Source: Octopus vulgaris
Taxonomy: Eukaryota
NCBI GenBank assembly: GCA_951406725.2
Contig: OX597823.1
Span: 50,654,001 to 50,718,000, forward strand
Length of the DNA: 64,000 nt
Direction: 5' to 3'
Part shown: positions 27,408 to 40,086 of the stretch, piece after piece
Position numbering within the stretch: the stretch's first letter is position 1
How the letters are laid out: every line of letters begins with the position of its first letter
Translations under genes and position numbers: made by a program
Notes under the pieces: generated by a model
The model's database searches: none
Seen by the model: the letters and a program-made list of their open reading frames with translations, nothing else
Told to the model about the DNA's origin: nothing

Positions 27408-29194
27408 AAATGAATATAAGATAATAACTCATTTTTTTTTTTTGAAATACTTGTTAATTCTTATAGTAAACTTATTTAAAAAATAAATTGCTCATTTTCC
27501 AGAGATTCATAGTAGTTACTGGGTCGAATTAAAAACTTGATGGGAGTGGGGGTATTTCAGGTTTAGTGGGCCCCTCCGAGTTCTCTAGGAAACTCCAAGT
27601 TTCCTTCCCCCTTCCTCTTTTCTTCTTTGCGGAAAAAAGTGGCTTGCGGCAGGTTTGGAGGTCATACGATGAATGCGCTGTAAAAAAAATCTGTAGAAAA
27701 ATTATTTCACACCGCGGTACAAGCGGTTGTTTTACGAAATATTTACCGATCATTTTTCCACATATTATGTTTCACTCTGAAGGAAGCGAAAAACGCTACA
27801 AATGCTTCAGAAAAAATATAATTACAGGAGAAATTATGTAAAATTTGTCTCAACACACGATTTCACATAAAGAATCTTGTAAACCTAATACAAACACGTA
27901 GTATTACGGAACAGAAAAAAATGTTTACTCCCCTCCATCATCACGATTAAAATTAATATTTTTGATTTTGTTCAGCTCTATAAATTTAATTTAAAAAAAA
28001 AATTCTTCCCTCCATTGCTTGATACAAGAAAAGAAACTTTGGAAAATCCTGACCAAAACAGAGAAGTGCTAACTTAAGAAAAATATCGAAAGAGAAAGAA
28101 AAGGTTTTGCTTTCTAAAGCCCACCCCCGCCTCTACCAAATTGTTTTTTGCTGAGATGTATTAAATTTCGGAACATACGACTTATCACGTTATCTGGTGT
28201 ATGGTCGCAGTTCAAATGGGCACAGCACCAAAAACAAATGTGTGTGCGTGTGTGTGCGTGCGCATGTGTGGCTGGGCCTTTAATCGCCAGAGGTCAATTT
28301 AAATTCAATAGCAGAAGGAATTCACAACAACACACTCAAATACACGCAATCATATACATACAAATATACCCACACATACTCACACATACTCACACATACA
28401 CAAACACATATATTAGCTACTCCCAAAAGCCATTTTCATCCAAAGTTTTGACCACCATTCTTTATATATATTTGCACATAAACGCACACATACACACACA
28501 TTCAGCTTTACGCTTTTATTCATTGATTTTGTTTTTCCATTTAGTCGTCTGTCACTATTCATCTGCTTTTTGCTTTAGCGACACCAGTTACACAATTTGG
28601 TGTCGCCAAAGTGGAAAAGGTGTTTTTAAATTTTTTGAAAATTTGAAAGAAAAAGATTTGAAAGAAAAAAAATTGGATGAAATGCCCACAACTCAACTGA
28701 GGATATTCACTCCACCCCCAAATGAAATATAAACTCTCAGCGCCCCCTTTCAACAAACACAACAGCACCCAATTTGGGAAACACTGATATAGAATATACC
28801 TATATGTATTAAGCGCACTGACACACACTTGGTTATTTGATTCTGCATCCTGCAATCCACATACACAATCATCTTTACAAAATAAGAGAAAAAGATAACA
28901 ATAATTCATTTGAAGTGATGATAAAATATGTGATGGAAGAGAAGCTGTTCCAAGAAAATGGCAGTTTCGAATATGAAGAATATGGTGGATAGCGCTGGAA
29001 ATGAAGATAGGTTATCATCCATAGTATTTTATGCAGATGGCATGGTAAAACTATTTGTAGTATTACATATGCGATTACAGTGCAAGGCTATATATTTAGT
29101 CTGAAAATATTACAACGCCGTATTGCATTCCAATAACCTATTTCTGTGTGTCTATTGTAGCGTTTGTGTTTTAAGTGTATGCGTGGGTATTTAA

Positions 29195-29808
<614 letters not shown>

Positions 29809-29908
29809 TGTATGTATGTATGTATTCATGTAGATATTTATACGCATGTATGTGGGTATATATATATATATACGTGTGTGTGTAGGTGTGTATGTATGTA
29901 TATATATG

Positions 29909-29978
<70 letters not shown>

Positions 29979-30050
29979 GGTATGTAGAAAAATACAACAT
30001 GGACAAGAACGTATAACTCTTAGAAGACGACACAATAAACACGGACAGGA

Positions 30051-30215
30051 CATTCGAAACCCTCAGTCTTCAGTCAAGAACCGGATCATCGTAGTAATTT
30101 CGGCTGATTAATCTTGAGATTACTAGATCACGGCCAGCCCTCCAAGAAAAACCAAGCAACAAGCATTAGAAAAACTAAGCTGGAAGCGTAGATTTCCTGG
30201 AAGAAGGATCGAATG
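30051..30215 (-). ncRNA. Permuted hammerhead-like motif, copy 1 (core 30067-30139; predicted cut 30118/30117)
   Basis: Minus: GGCTGG CCGTGATC TAGTAAT C TCAAGA TTAA TCAGCC GAA ATTACTA CGAT GATCCGG T TCTTGA CTGAAGA. Confidence 0.7.
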
Positions 30216-30909
30216 CATACGAACACCAGGACAGCAAAAGGGACAGATATAAAAAAACAAAAAACAATAATGGAATACAGAAACATGAAATACAGAAGCA
30301 TTAACGGTGAAAACAACAGTGTCTTACGACTGATAACAAGCAAACAAATTTTTTCTCTGGCGCAATGGAAAAAGCCTTTATAGTGGCGGACGAAAACAGC
30401 GATGTTAACAAGACAAGGGTCAGAAGCTGAAAGGCAGATTTCGGCCAACAGTCACGTGACAGAGAAGAGGGAAAAGAAAAGAAAGGGAAGCAAAGGAAGA
30501 GAGAGAGAGAGGAGAGAGAGAGAGGAGGGACAAACGCAACAAAGAGAGAGAAGAGAGAGAAAGAAGGAATCAGAGAGGAGAAGGGATGGGTGTCGAAGAA
30601 TGACCTGTGAGTGCAGAGCGAGACAAAGAAATAGGAGGGTAGTGGAAGACTAGACCAAAGAATCAGAGGAAAGAGAAGAGAAAAAGAGGATGAGTAGAGA
30701 GAAAAGAGAGAGAGAGGGGGACAGATCAAGTAAAAATGAGAGAGAGAGAGAGACAAACAGAGAGTCGTACCAATTATTAAGAATATGTGCTCACATAAAT
30801 GTTAAGGGGGGTACGGGGCGCCTGGAATATATGTTAAGGTATGTAGAAAAATACAACATGGACAAGAACGTATAACTCTTAGAAGACGACACAATAAACA
30901 CGGACAGGA

Positions 30910-31074
30910 CATTCGAAACCCTCAGTCTTCAGTCAAGAACCGGATCATCGTAGTAATTTCGGCTGATTAATCTTGAGATTACTAGATCACGGCCAGCCCT
31001 CCAAGAAAAACCAAGCAACAAGCATTAGAAAAACTAAGCTGGAAGCGTAGATTTCCTGGAAGAAGGATCGAATG
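30910..31074 (-). ncRNA. Permuted hammerhead-like motif, copy 2 (core 30926-30998)
   Basis: Identical to copy 1. Confidence 0.7.
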
Positions 31075-31353
31075 CATACGAACACCAGGACAGCAAAAGG
31101 GACAGATATAAAAAAACAAAAAACAATAATGGAATACAGAAACATGAAATACAGAAGCATTAACGGTGAAAACAACAGTGTCTTACGACTGATAACAAGC
31201 AAACAAATTTTTTCTCTGGCGCAATGGAAAAAGCCTTTATAGTGGCGGACGAAAACAGCGATGTTAACAAGACAAGGGTCAGAAGCTGAAAGGCAGATTT
31301 CGGCCAACAGTCACGTGACAGAGAAGAGGGAAAAGAAAAGAAAGGGAAGCAAA

Positions 31354-31387
<34 letters not shown>

Positions 31388-31768
31388 GGACAAACGCAAC
31401 AAAGAGAGAGAAGAGAGAGAAAGAAGGAATCAGAGAGGAGAAGGGATGGGTGTCGAAGAATGACCTGTGAGTGCAGAGCGAGACAAAGAAATAGGAGGGT
31501 AGTGGAAGACTAGACCAAAGAATCAGAGGAAAGAGAAGAGAAAAAGAGGATGAGTAGAGAGAAAAGAGAGAGAGGGGGGACAGATCAAGTAAAAATGAGA
31601 GAGAGAGAGAGACAAACAGAGAGTCGTACCAATTATTAAGAATATGTGCTCACATAAATGTTAAGGGGGGTACGGGGCGCCTGGAATATATGTTAAGGTA
31701 TGTAGAAAAATACAACATGGACAAGAACGTATAACTCTTAGAAGACGACACAATAAACACGGACAGGA

Positions 31769-31933
31769 CATTCGAAACCCTCAGTCTTCAGTCAAGAACC
31801 GGATCATCGTAGTAATTTCGGCTGATTAATCTTGAGATTACTAGATCACGGCCAGCCCTCCAAGAAAAACCAAGCAACAAGCATTAGAAAAACTAAGCTG
31901 GAAGCGTAGATTTCCTGGAAGAAGGATCGAATG
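31769..31933 (-). ncRNA. Permuted hammerhead-like motif, copy 3 (core 31785-31857)
   Basis: Identical to copy 1. Confidence 0.7.
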
Positions 31934-32629
31934 CATACGAACACCAGGACAGCAAAAGGGACAGATATAAAAAAACAAAAAACAATAATGGAATACAGAA
32001 ACATGAAATACAGAAGCATTAACGGTGAAAACAACAGTGTCTTACGACTGATAACAAGCAAACAAATTTTTTCTCTGGCGCAATGGAAAAAGCCTTTATA
32101 GTGGCGGACGAAAACAGCGATGTTAACAAGACAAGGGTCAGAAGCTGAAAGGCAGATTTCGGCCAACAGTCACGTGACAGAGAAGAGGGAAAAGAAAAGA
32201 AAGGGAAGCAAAGGAAGAGAGAGAGAGAGGGAGAGAGAGAGAGGAGGGACAAACGCAACAAAGAGAGAGAAGAGAGAGAAAGAAGGAATCAGAGAGGAGA
32301 AGGGATGGGTGTCGAAGAATGACCTGTGAGTGCAGAGCGAGACAAAGAAATAGGAGGGTAGTGGAAGACTAGACCAAAGAATCAGAGGAAAGAGAAGAGA
32401 AAAAGAGGATGAGTAGAGAGAAAAGAGAGAGAGAGGGGGGACAGATCAAGTAAAAATGAGAGAGAGAGAGAGACAAACAGAGAGTCGTACCAATTATTAA
32501 GAATATGTGCTCACATAAATGTTAAGGGGGGTACGGGGCGCCTGGAATATATGTTAAGGTATGTAGAAAAATACAACATGGACAAGAACGTATAACTCTT
32601 AGAAGACGACACAATAAACACGGACAGGA

Positions 32630-32794
32630 CATTCGAAACCCTCAGTCTTCAGTCAAGAACCGGATCATCGTAGTAATTTCGGCTGATTAATCTTGAGATT
32701 ACTAGATCACGGCCAGCCCTCCAAGAAAAACCAAGCAACAAGCATTAGAAAAACTAAGCTGGAAGCGTAGATTTCCTGGAAGAAGGATCGAATG
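32630..32794 (-). ncRNA. Permuted hammerhead-like motif, copy 4 (core 32646-32718)
   Basis: Identical to copy 1. Confidence 0.7.
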
Positions 32795-33640
32795 CATACG
32801 AACACCAGGACAGCAAAAGGGACAGATATAAAAAAACAAAAAACAATAATGGAATACAGAAACATGAAATACAGAAGCATTAACGGTGAAAACAACAGTG
32901 TCTTACGACTGATAACAAGCAAACAAATTTTTTCTCTGGCGCAATGGAAAAAGCCTTTATAGTGGCGGACGAAAACAGCGATGTTAACAAGACAAGGGTC
33001 AGAAGCTGAAAGGCAGATTTCGGCCAACAGTCACGTGACAGAGAAGAGGGAAAAGAAAAGAAAGAGAAGCAAAGGAAGAGAGAGAGAGAGGAGAGAGAGA
33101 GAGAGGGACAAACGCAACAAAGAGAGAGAAGAGAGAGAAAGAAGGAATCAGAGAGGAGAAGGGATGGGTGTCGAAGAATGACCTGTGAGTGCAGAGCGAG
33201 ACAAAGAAATAGGAGGGTAGTGGAAGACTAGACCAAAGAATCAGAGGAAAGAGAAGAGAAAAAGAGGATGAGTAGAGAGAAAAGAGAGAGAGAGGGGGAC
33301 AGATCAAGTAAAAATGAGAGAGAGAGAGAGACAAACAGAGAGTCGTACCAATTATTAAGAATATGTGCTCACATATATATATATATATATATGTGTGTGT
33401 GTTTGTATATTTGAGGATTTTGTGTATATACATCACATCCATCCATCCATCCATCCATCCATCCATACCATACATACATACATACATACATACATACATG
33501 CGTACATCTAAATATGAAGAGAAGTGCAATTTGCGATATTTTGAGTTTATGTACTTTCCATATATTTATACCAACGCGGATATTCAGGAAGCATTTGAGA
33601 CATTCGCACACACACATACGCATACACGCACGCACACACA

Positions 33641-33688
<48 letters not shown>

Positions 33689-33889
33689 CGCACACACACA
33701 CACACACATGCACGCACACACACACACACACATATACACAAACAATTTTTGTGTGAATATGCAATGCGTAAGCGTTTTTGTATATGCGTGTGTGCGTAAT
33801 TTATGAAGGGACACACAAGCGAATGCATACGCTCTTGTATATAGCTTATATATATATATATACATATATATACATATACACACACATAT

Positions 33890-33970
<81 letters not shown>

Positions 33971-34880
33971 AATATATATATAATATGCATAATTGTGTCA
34001 GTATATGTGTGTGTTGTATATGTGTATATGTATGTGTGAGTGTGTTGGGGGCGGGTGTTGGTGGCGAGCGTGTGTATTCCGATATATTCAGTCAAGGGGC
34101 GCTCGTTAAGACAAGTTATGTTGTTAACATGACTGCACATTTTCTATATCAATTTCTGTTTTTCAAGCTATCTAATTACTTTCTTGATAGTTGGCTGTAA
34201 AATAAATCTACAACGAGACGGGACTGGACGGGATTATTAGTATTATAGTTTCCATGCTTCATGTAAAGCTCATTCATTTTTAAGGGTTTATTATCCAATC
34301 TCTTATGCAGCTCTAACGCCTTATAAAGCGATCAGAGGCACGCTTTATTTATTAGATGCTCATAGTCATACGACTGGTGACTATCAGAGAAGAAAAACAT
34401 CTTGCAAGTCACACAGCATCGGCGAGAAAATTTAGGTATATTTTCATGAAGATATAACCCATCTACACACAAACACACACACACGGATTTCTAAAAACAC
34501 ATACATATACACACACGGTTCAGTCGTACATACAGGCATGCAGGCAGTCATAAACGGCATTTCTATATATAGACACGCAAACAAAACACACACACACACA
34601 CATGCATTCTCCAATATTATGCCTTGCCATACATTCTCAGATTAGTAACAGGGAAACGTTACTGGGTAGAAAAGCAGCAGGAGTGGTGAGATGTGCTGTG
34701 GTGGGTGTGACCGAAGAAGGACTGGTTAACTGGCTGGCGGCCCGGCTACCTGGCGGACTAGCTGGCTGAATGAATGAATGTAGGGATGGAAGGATGGATC
34801 GATGTGTATGTATGCATGTATGTATGTATGTATGTATGTATGTATGTATGTAGTCATGTAAATATACATGTATGCGTGTG

Positions 34881-34935
<55 letters not shown>

Positions 34936-35250
34936 TATATGTATGTATGTATATATATATATAAGTATATATATGTATATATATATACATATGTATATAT
35001 ATATATATATACACACACGTGTACATATATACTATATATACATATAAATATGTATTCATGCACACATACACACATATATATATATGTATGCAGAGGCATC
35101 TATACATATATGTATAAATAAAATACTATATGTGCACATACACACACACACACACACACACAAACACGCAACAGACATATGCATGAGGTTGTGTCTTTTG
35201 ATGCTTCTTTGCGTGCAAGCACGTAAGAGTGTGTCTATGTGCATGTGTGT

Positions 35251-35311
<61 letters not shown>

Positions 35312-36170
35312 CGTGCTCGTGTCTCTGTGTGAATGTGTATCTTTTTGGGGAGGAGAGAAAGAGGTGAGAGCAGGGTCTGCACTCTGCTTGAAATTCATAA
35401 GCAACAGAAATGGAATAGAATAATGCATGAGAATAACTGATTAATGGTTGCTGAGCGTCGAAATGCCTCTTTTATGTGCATTATATCCCAAACCTGATGT
35501 CTCTTTAACACTGCAGCTAGACTGAGAACTACGAACCTGATGTCTTTAAAGCTGTAAGTAAAGACAACAGGCCTTCAAAAACCGGACCTATTTTGCCTAT
35601 ATCCGTAAGCAACCCTAAGCGACACTTCCATTTATCTGATTTATTTAGATTTGTTTTTCTCTTCCATCAACCTGACTCATTCAATAGATTTGTCTTCGAT
35701 ATATTCTCGTTCTAACTTGACATAATTTGTTTAGTTTGACTGCAAATTTGGCGCAAAAATATTACCTAGAAATATCTTTTAAGATGGCTAACCTCACATG
35801 CTCTCTCTTTGCCGTTATAAAATATAAAAATACTTATTATAGACATCATTAATGCGCAGTTCAGCATGGCAATGGAAAACCATATCTTGCACAGTCAAAA
35901 TAGTCATCTTATTACTTTATAACTTACTTCCTCCTTTTCTTCTTTAGGTTTCTTTTCCTTTTCCTTCTTTCTTTTTCTGCTTTATTCCATCTCTCCTTCG
36001 CTTAGCTATTACAGCCTTTGTAGATTTTCACTCCAGTCTAGCGAAACTTGTTCAGAATTTTCTGCATTCATCATCAACTGGAACTAATTTGCTTTAATAG
36101 AACAAACGCAATTACTTTACATGTTTTATTTGTATATTATACTAAAATATGCTCTGTTGCTGCATTGAAA

Positions 36171-36445
<275 letters not shown>

Positions 36446-37256
36446 ATATATATATATATCTGTATATACATACATATATATATATACATACATATATATA
36501 TGTATATATATAAATATGTATATACATAAATATAAGAAAAGAAGGAAGAGGATAGAATTTGGTCAGTGTGGCATTTATACGGAACTAGGTCGTCTGTTTA
36601 TAACCATCTGCCTTAAGCTATTGTTCTCGCTTACCATGGTTGAATAATAATATTTTCATCCAGTATAGAAATTTGATACCCAGCAACTTCGTTAGATCAC
36701 CGAAATAATCGCTTTTGGCTAATCCTTCCATTTCATTCCTTTCTATTTTTCTCTTTTCTTTTCTTATTTTCCTTTCTTTTGGCAGTTGATTTGTTGAACT
36801 CTGACGAAGGTAGCATTGTGACGGTCGTTCACTATGATTTTAATCTATCAATCGATCAGTTGATTAAATTGAGCCATGGACGCACCCAAAATGATTATCT
36901 GAAACGGCCGTACGTCTACAATGCACACGTAAATTTATAAAATCCATAATTTAAGACTATTCTATATATCACTCTGTAATAAACATAGCTTACTAACTCG
37001 GTAATAGAATCATGGATTTACTAATATGAATGGTGATGGACTTCGAATTCGGATTATCCGGAACCCAATACCAGTCGCAAACACCTTCGTTAGCCTGTGT
37101 ATTTGTATTTGCAGAGAGCTTAAGAAATATTTTACCCAGATTACTAATTTTTTATTAATAACTCTCTCTATATCTATATGTATGTATGAATGTATGTATG
37201 TATGTATGTATGTATGTATGTATGTATGTATGCATGTATGTATGTATGTATGCATA

Positions 37257-37632
37257 GGTCACTTTCGAGTGCTACTGGTAACGTGTAACCCAGTACAACC
37301 TGTTGAATGGTCGGGTCGTCAGCGACTAAACCGGCAACCCTACCAAGCTTGCTTGGTGAGAAGGGTGTTTATTGGACACCCTGCGGGATGAAAAACAAAA
37401 CCCGTCAAAGGGCGGAGGAACTCTTAAAAGTCAACGGCCATCCAATAAATGTCTTAAGGCTGTATCATGCGCGGGGATATAGAAATAATCGGACTGAATA
37501 ACCGATCGCGCAGTTAAACCATTGGGAGTGAAGGACTCCTAGCCTTTGTTAGGGCATCCTTCTAGGAGAAGGTAACTCAGGTGACTGGGATAGCTCCGAC
37601 ATAAAACCTGCGGCTCAGTGGTTACCGATGAT
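37257..37632 (+). mobile_element. RTE-related non-autonomous element / LINE 5' UTR
   Basis: GC-richer island after (TATG)n; TAGGGCATCCTTCTAGGAGAAGGTAACTC resembles the RTE 5' UTR GGGCAACC..CTAGGAGAAGG motif; begins with an HDV-like fold. Confidence 0.55.
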
Positions 37633-37931
37633 ATTGACTTGTTCTTCTTTTCGGATTATGGCTGCTGTTGCTTAGTGAGTGAGATTGACTCAGTGCGCAG
37701 CCTTTCCTCACTTTAAAAAAATCTTCTTGCACAGGCATTGCACGATACCAACATTGATTAAGCTTCGTGCAATGGCCATACTCGATAACGAGGGGGCAGC
37801 CACCATATATGTATGTATGTATATATATTGTGTACTGTTCCGTGATGGTAAGATCAACAACAAAAATACACAATCTGGTGAGAGATGAATATTATTTAAT
37901 AAACACAATGTTTTTATTAAATAATTCAAAA

Positions 37932-38051
37932 TATGAGATTCAGGTGTATTTTGAAACCTCGGAACAAATTCTCCTGTATATGTATATATATATATATATA
38001 GAGAGAGAGGAGAATTTGTTCCGGGGTTTCAAAATACACCTGAATCTCATA
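37932..38051. repeat. 44-bp inverted repeat around (TA)n(GA)n spacer
   Basis: TATGAGATTCAGGTGTATTTTGAAACCTCGGAACAAATTCTCCT and its reverse complement, 1 mismatch. Confidence 0.9.
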
Positions 38052-38464
38052 ACGTGTAGTTGTTTTTACATTTTGTAATTAGTTCATTTAAATACCAAAC
38101 CGGTTTCCATAATTTTCTGCTTATCAATGGTAAAAAATAAAATAAAATATAGGTTTTTGGAGAGTTTAAATTTCGAAAAAAACATGTTTAATTGATCAAA
38201 TGTTCACAGAAATTTCAATGACTTTCACAGAGATAGGCAATAATATTGTATAAGTTTAAAAGTTCAATGAAGATCATAACCAATACACACGATTGAACGT
38301 TCAGTCATTCAATTTTTATTTTAAAAAAGCGGTGGGAGCGATAGAAAAAGTACTGTGTAAAGGAGTTTTTTCTCAATTTCAGTTGTAATACATGAGGTTC
38401 TTTACGTTGGTCGCTTGTTTGAGTTCGAAATGTTATAAGTGAAAATCGTTTAGTACATATATAT

Positions 38465-38955
38465 ACTAAACAGGACAGTGGAGACATACAGGGAAACCGA
38501 ACGAAAACAAACTTGGAGGGTCGTTAGACCTGTACGAGGGGAAAATAATAAACGCTGAAAGAAATATTTTCTTTGAAAAGAGAAAAGATAGAAGAGAGAG
38601 GTGAGAGACGACCAGTCCTTAGAAGGACAGTGCAGGAAAGAAAGATGGACGATGGTCACGTATGAGCAAAGATAGAAAAAAAGAGAAAGACAGGAAGAGG
38701 GAGATAGAGATAGAAAATAGTGAAAGCGAGAAAAAGCGAATTAGAGAGGATAGTGGAGAAAACAGTATAGAGCGCATCAAAATGCATATATTGGTACAAG
38801 ACATCACTAACATTAAACAGCATGAAATCCGAAAACAAATTAGTTAAATACGCAAATAACGAGAAAAAAAGGACAAGTAATACAAAAAAATGACCCTTCA
38901 TCAGTTGTCGGGTGTCTATTCCCTATTTCGAGCAATCAGCGACAATATGAATCTT
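38465..38955 (-). mobile_element. ~490-bp retrozyme-like element (subfamily 2-related), circularly permuted relative to 15476-15996
   Basis: Shared blocks CTGATGAAGGG, TGTC(C/T)TGTACC(C/A)ATATATGCAT, CT tract, ACGTGAC, TAAC(A/G)ACCCTC..GTTTGTTTT, CACTGTCCTGTTT in rotated order. Confidence 0.7.
38898..38953 (-). ncRNA. Permuted hammerhead-like motif, 5'-truncated
   Basis: Minus: TTCAT A TTGTCG ctgatt GCTC GAA ATAGG...CACC CGACAA CTGATGA AGGG. Confidence 0.6.
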
Positions 38956-39169
38956 CATTATTTATGTATGTGTGCGAGTGAGTGTGTGCGTGAAGATTTT
39001 CACGCACGAAGCTGTGACATCAAATAATCAATTATGTTGAGGTATATTTGGCCAGAAAAACAACATTTTCATTGCGGTTGCTATGGAAAAAAACTCCTCT
39101 CGCTTTAGGTAGCATATGTATGTATGCATGTATGTATGCATATATGTATGTATGTGTATGTCTGTATGC

Positions 39170-39350
39170 TTTTGTTTGTCTCCACACTACCGCTTGACAA
39201 CTCATGTTGGTGTGTTTATGTCTAAATAACTTAGCGTCTCGGCAAAAGAGGCTTTAAAAAGTACTGGGGTCGATTCATTCTACTACTATTCCTCAAGGAG
39301 GTGCCCCAGCATCGCCGTAGTCGAATGACTGAAACAAGTGGAAAATAAAA
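39170..39350 (+). mobile_element. SINE family B, 3' half
   Basis: CCGCTTGACAAC...GGTGCCCCAGCATCGCCGTAGTCGAATGACTGAAACAAG. Confidence 0.75.
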
Positions 39351-39978
39351 GATAGAAGATATATTTTAACCGGACTGCCGGCCGAAGCTAGCTATTGTTT
39401 GGTTCTTTCTATTGATTTCTTTTAAGAAAACTAAGTCTTCCAGTTTGTTTAGAGTTGTCTCTCTTGGTATTTGGTACTAAAAAGCGTACAAAAGTTTGAA
39501 ATGCATCTACCAGTCCACAGGGGACACTATGTACTAATTATGATGTGTTTACACCTTTCGCCTCAGGCGAGAATTTTTCTCCATGGCAAACCGCAGTGAA
39601 GATGCCTTTTTACAGGTCAAACATATATTAGCAGTGATTTAAATTTTGTTTTACACCACTGCTACATATAATATTAGAAAAACTAAGGCGTTAAGGCTGT
39701 CTAACTTACCCAGAGGTAATGAAAGGAATATGTTGACAATTGTTTAAGTAAACCAAATCTATAATGGAAACCATTTCCAGTCTTTACTACACATACTCTA
39801 TTTCCGACCCAGGAGTGTATTATCAATTTTGGGCTTTCCAAGCGATAGTTGCTATGTAGCTGTAGACTGGCCATTACAGAGTCTTAGTTAATAAGATAAT
39901 TTACAGAGTTAACCTGTTGCTAAAAATATTACAGACGTCATTAGCTCATCTTCTGACTTAAATTTTGTGTTGGTTATA

Positions 39979-39979
<1 letters not shown>

Positions 39980-40070
<91 letters not shown>
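39980..40070. repeat. (TA)n microsatellite
   Basis: Direct observation. Confidence 0.97.
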
Positions 40071-40074
<4 letters not shown>

Positions 40075-40086
40075 ATATACATACAT

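Larger units (their letters stand above)
29975..33375 (-). mobile_element. Tandem array of ~3.95 near-identical 859-861-bp retrozyme-like units (subfamily 1)
   Basis: TTAAGGTATGTAGAAAAATAC recurs at 29975, 30834, 31693 and 32554; flanked by (TA)n on both sides; differences are concentrated in GA tracts. Confidence 0.9.

Noticed and set aside
30040-30080. Conventional type I hammerhead using CTGAAGA...CGAAT
   Set aside because: Needs GAAA and a stem III/NUH downstream. CGAATG instead pairs with upstream CATTCG in both subfamily-1 variants.
30128-33027. 106-aa ORF repeated in each array unit
   Set aside because: Low-complexity hydrophobic translation of an A-rich tract with no domain motif; I saw no equivalent ORF in the homologous 54993-55445 copy.
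29975-33375. CRISPR-like or LTR-retrotransposon interpretation of the array
   Set aside because: No unique spacers, no TG..CA ends, PBS or internal coding region; eukaryotic context.
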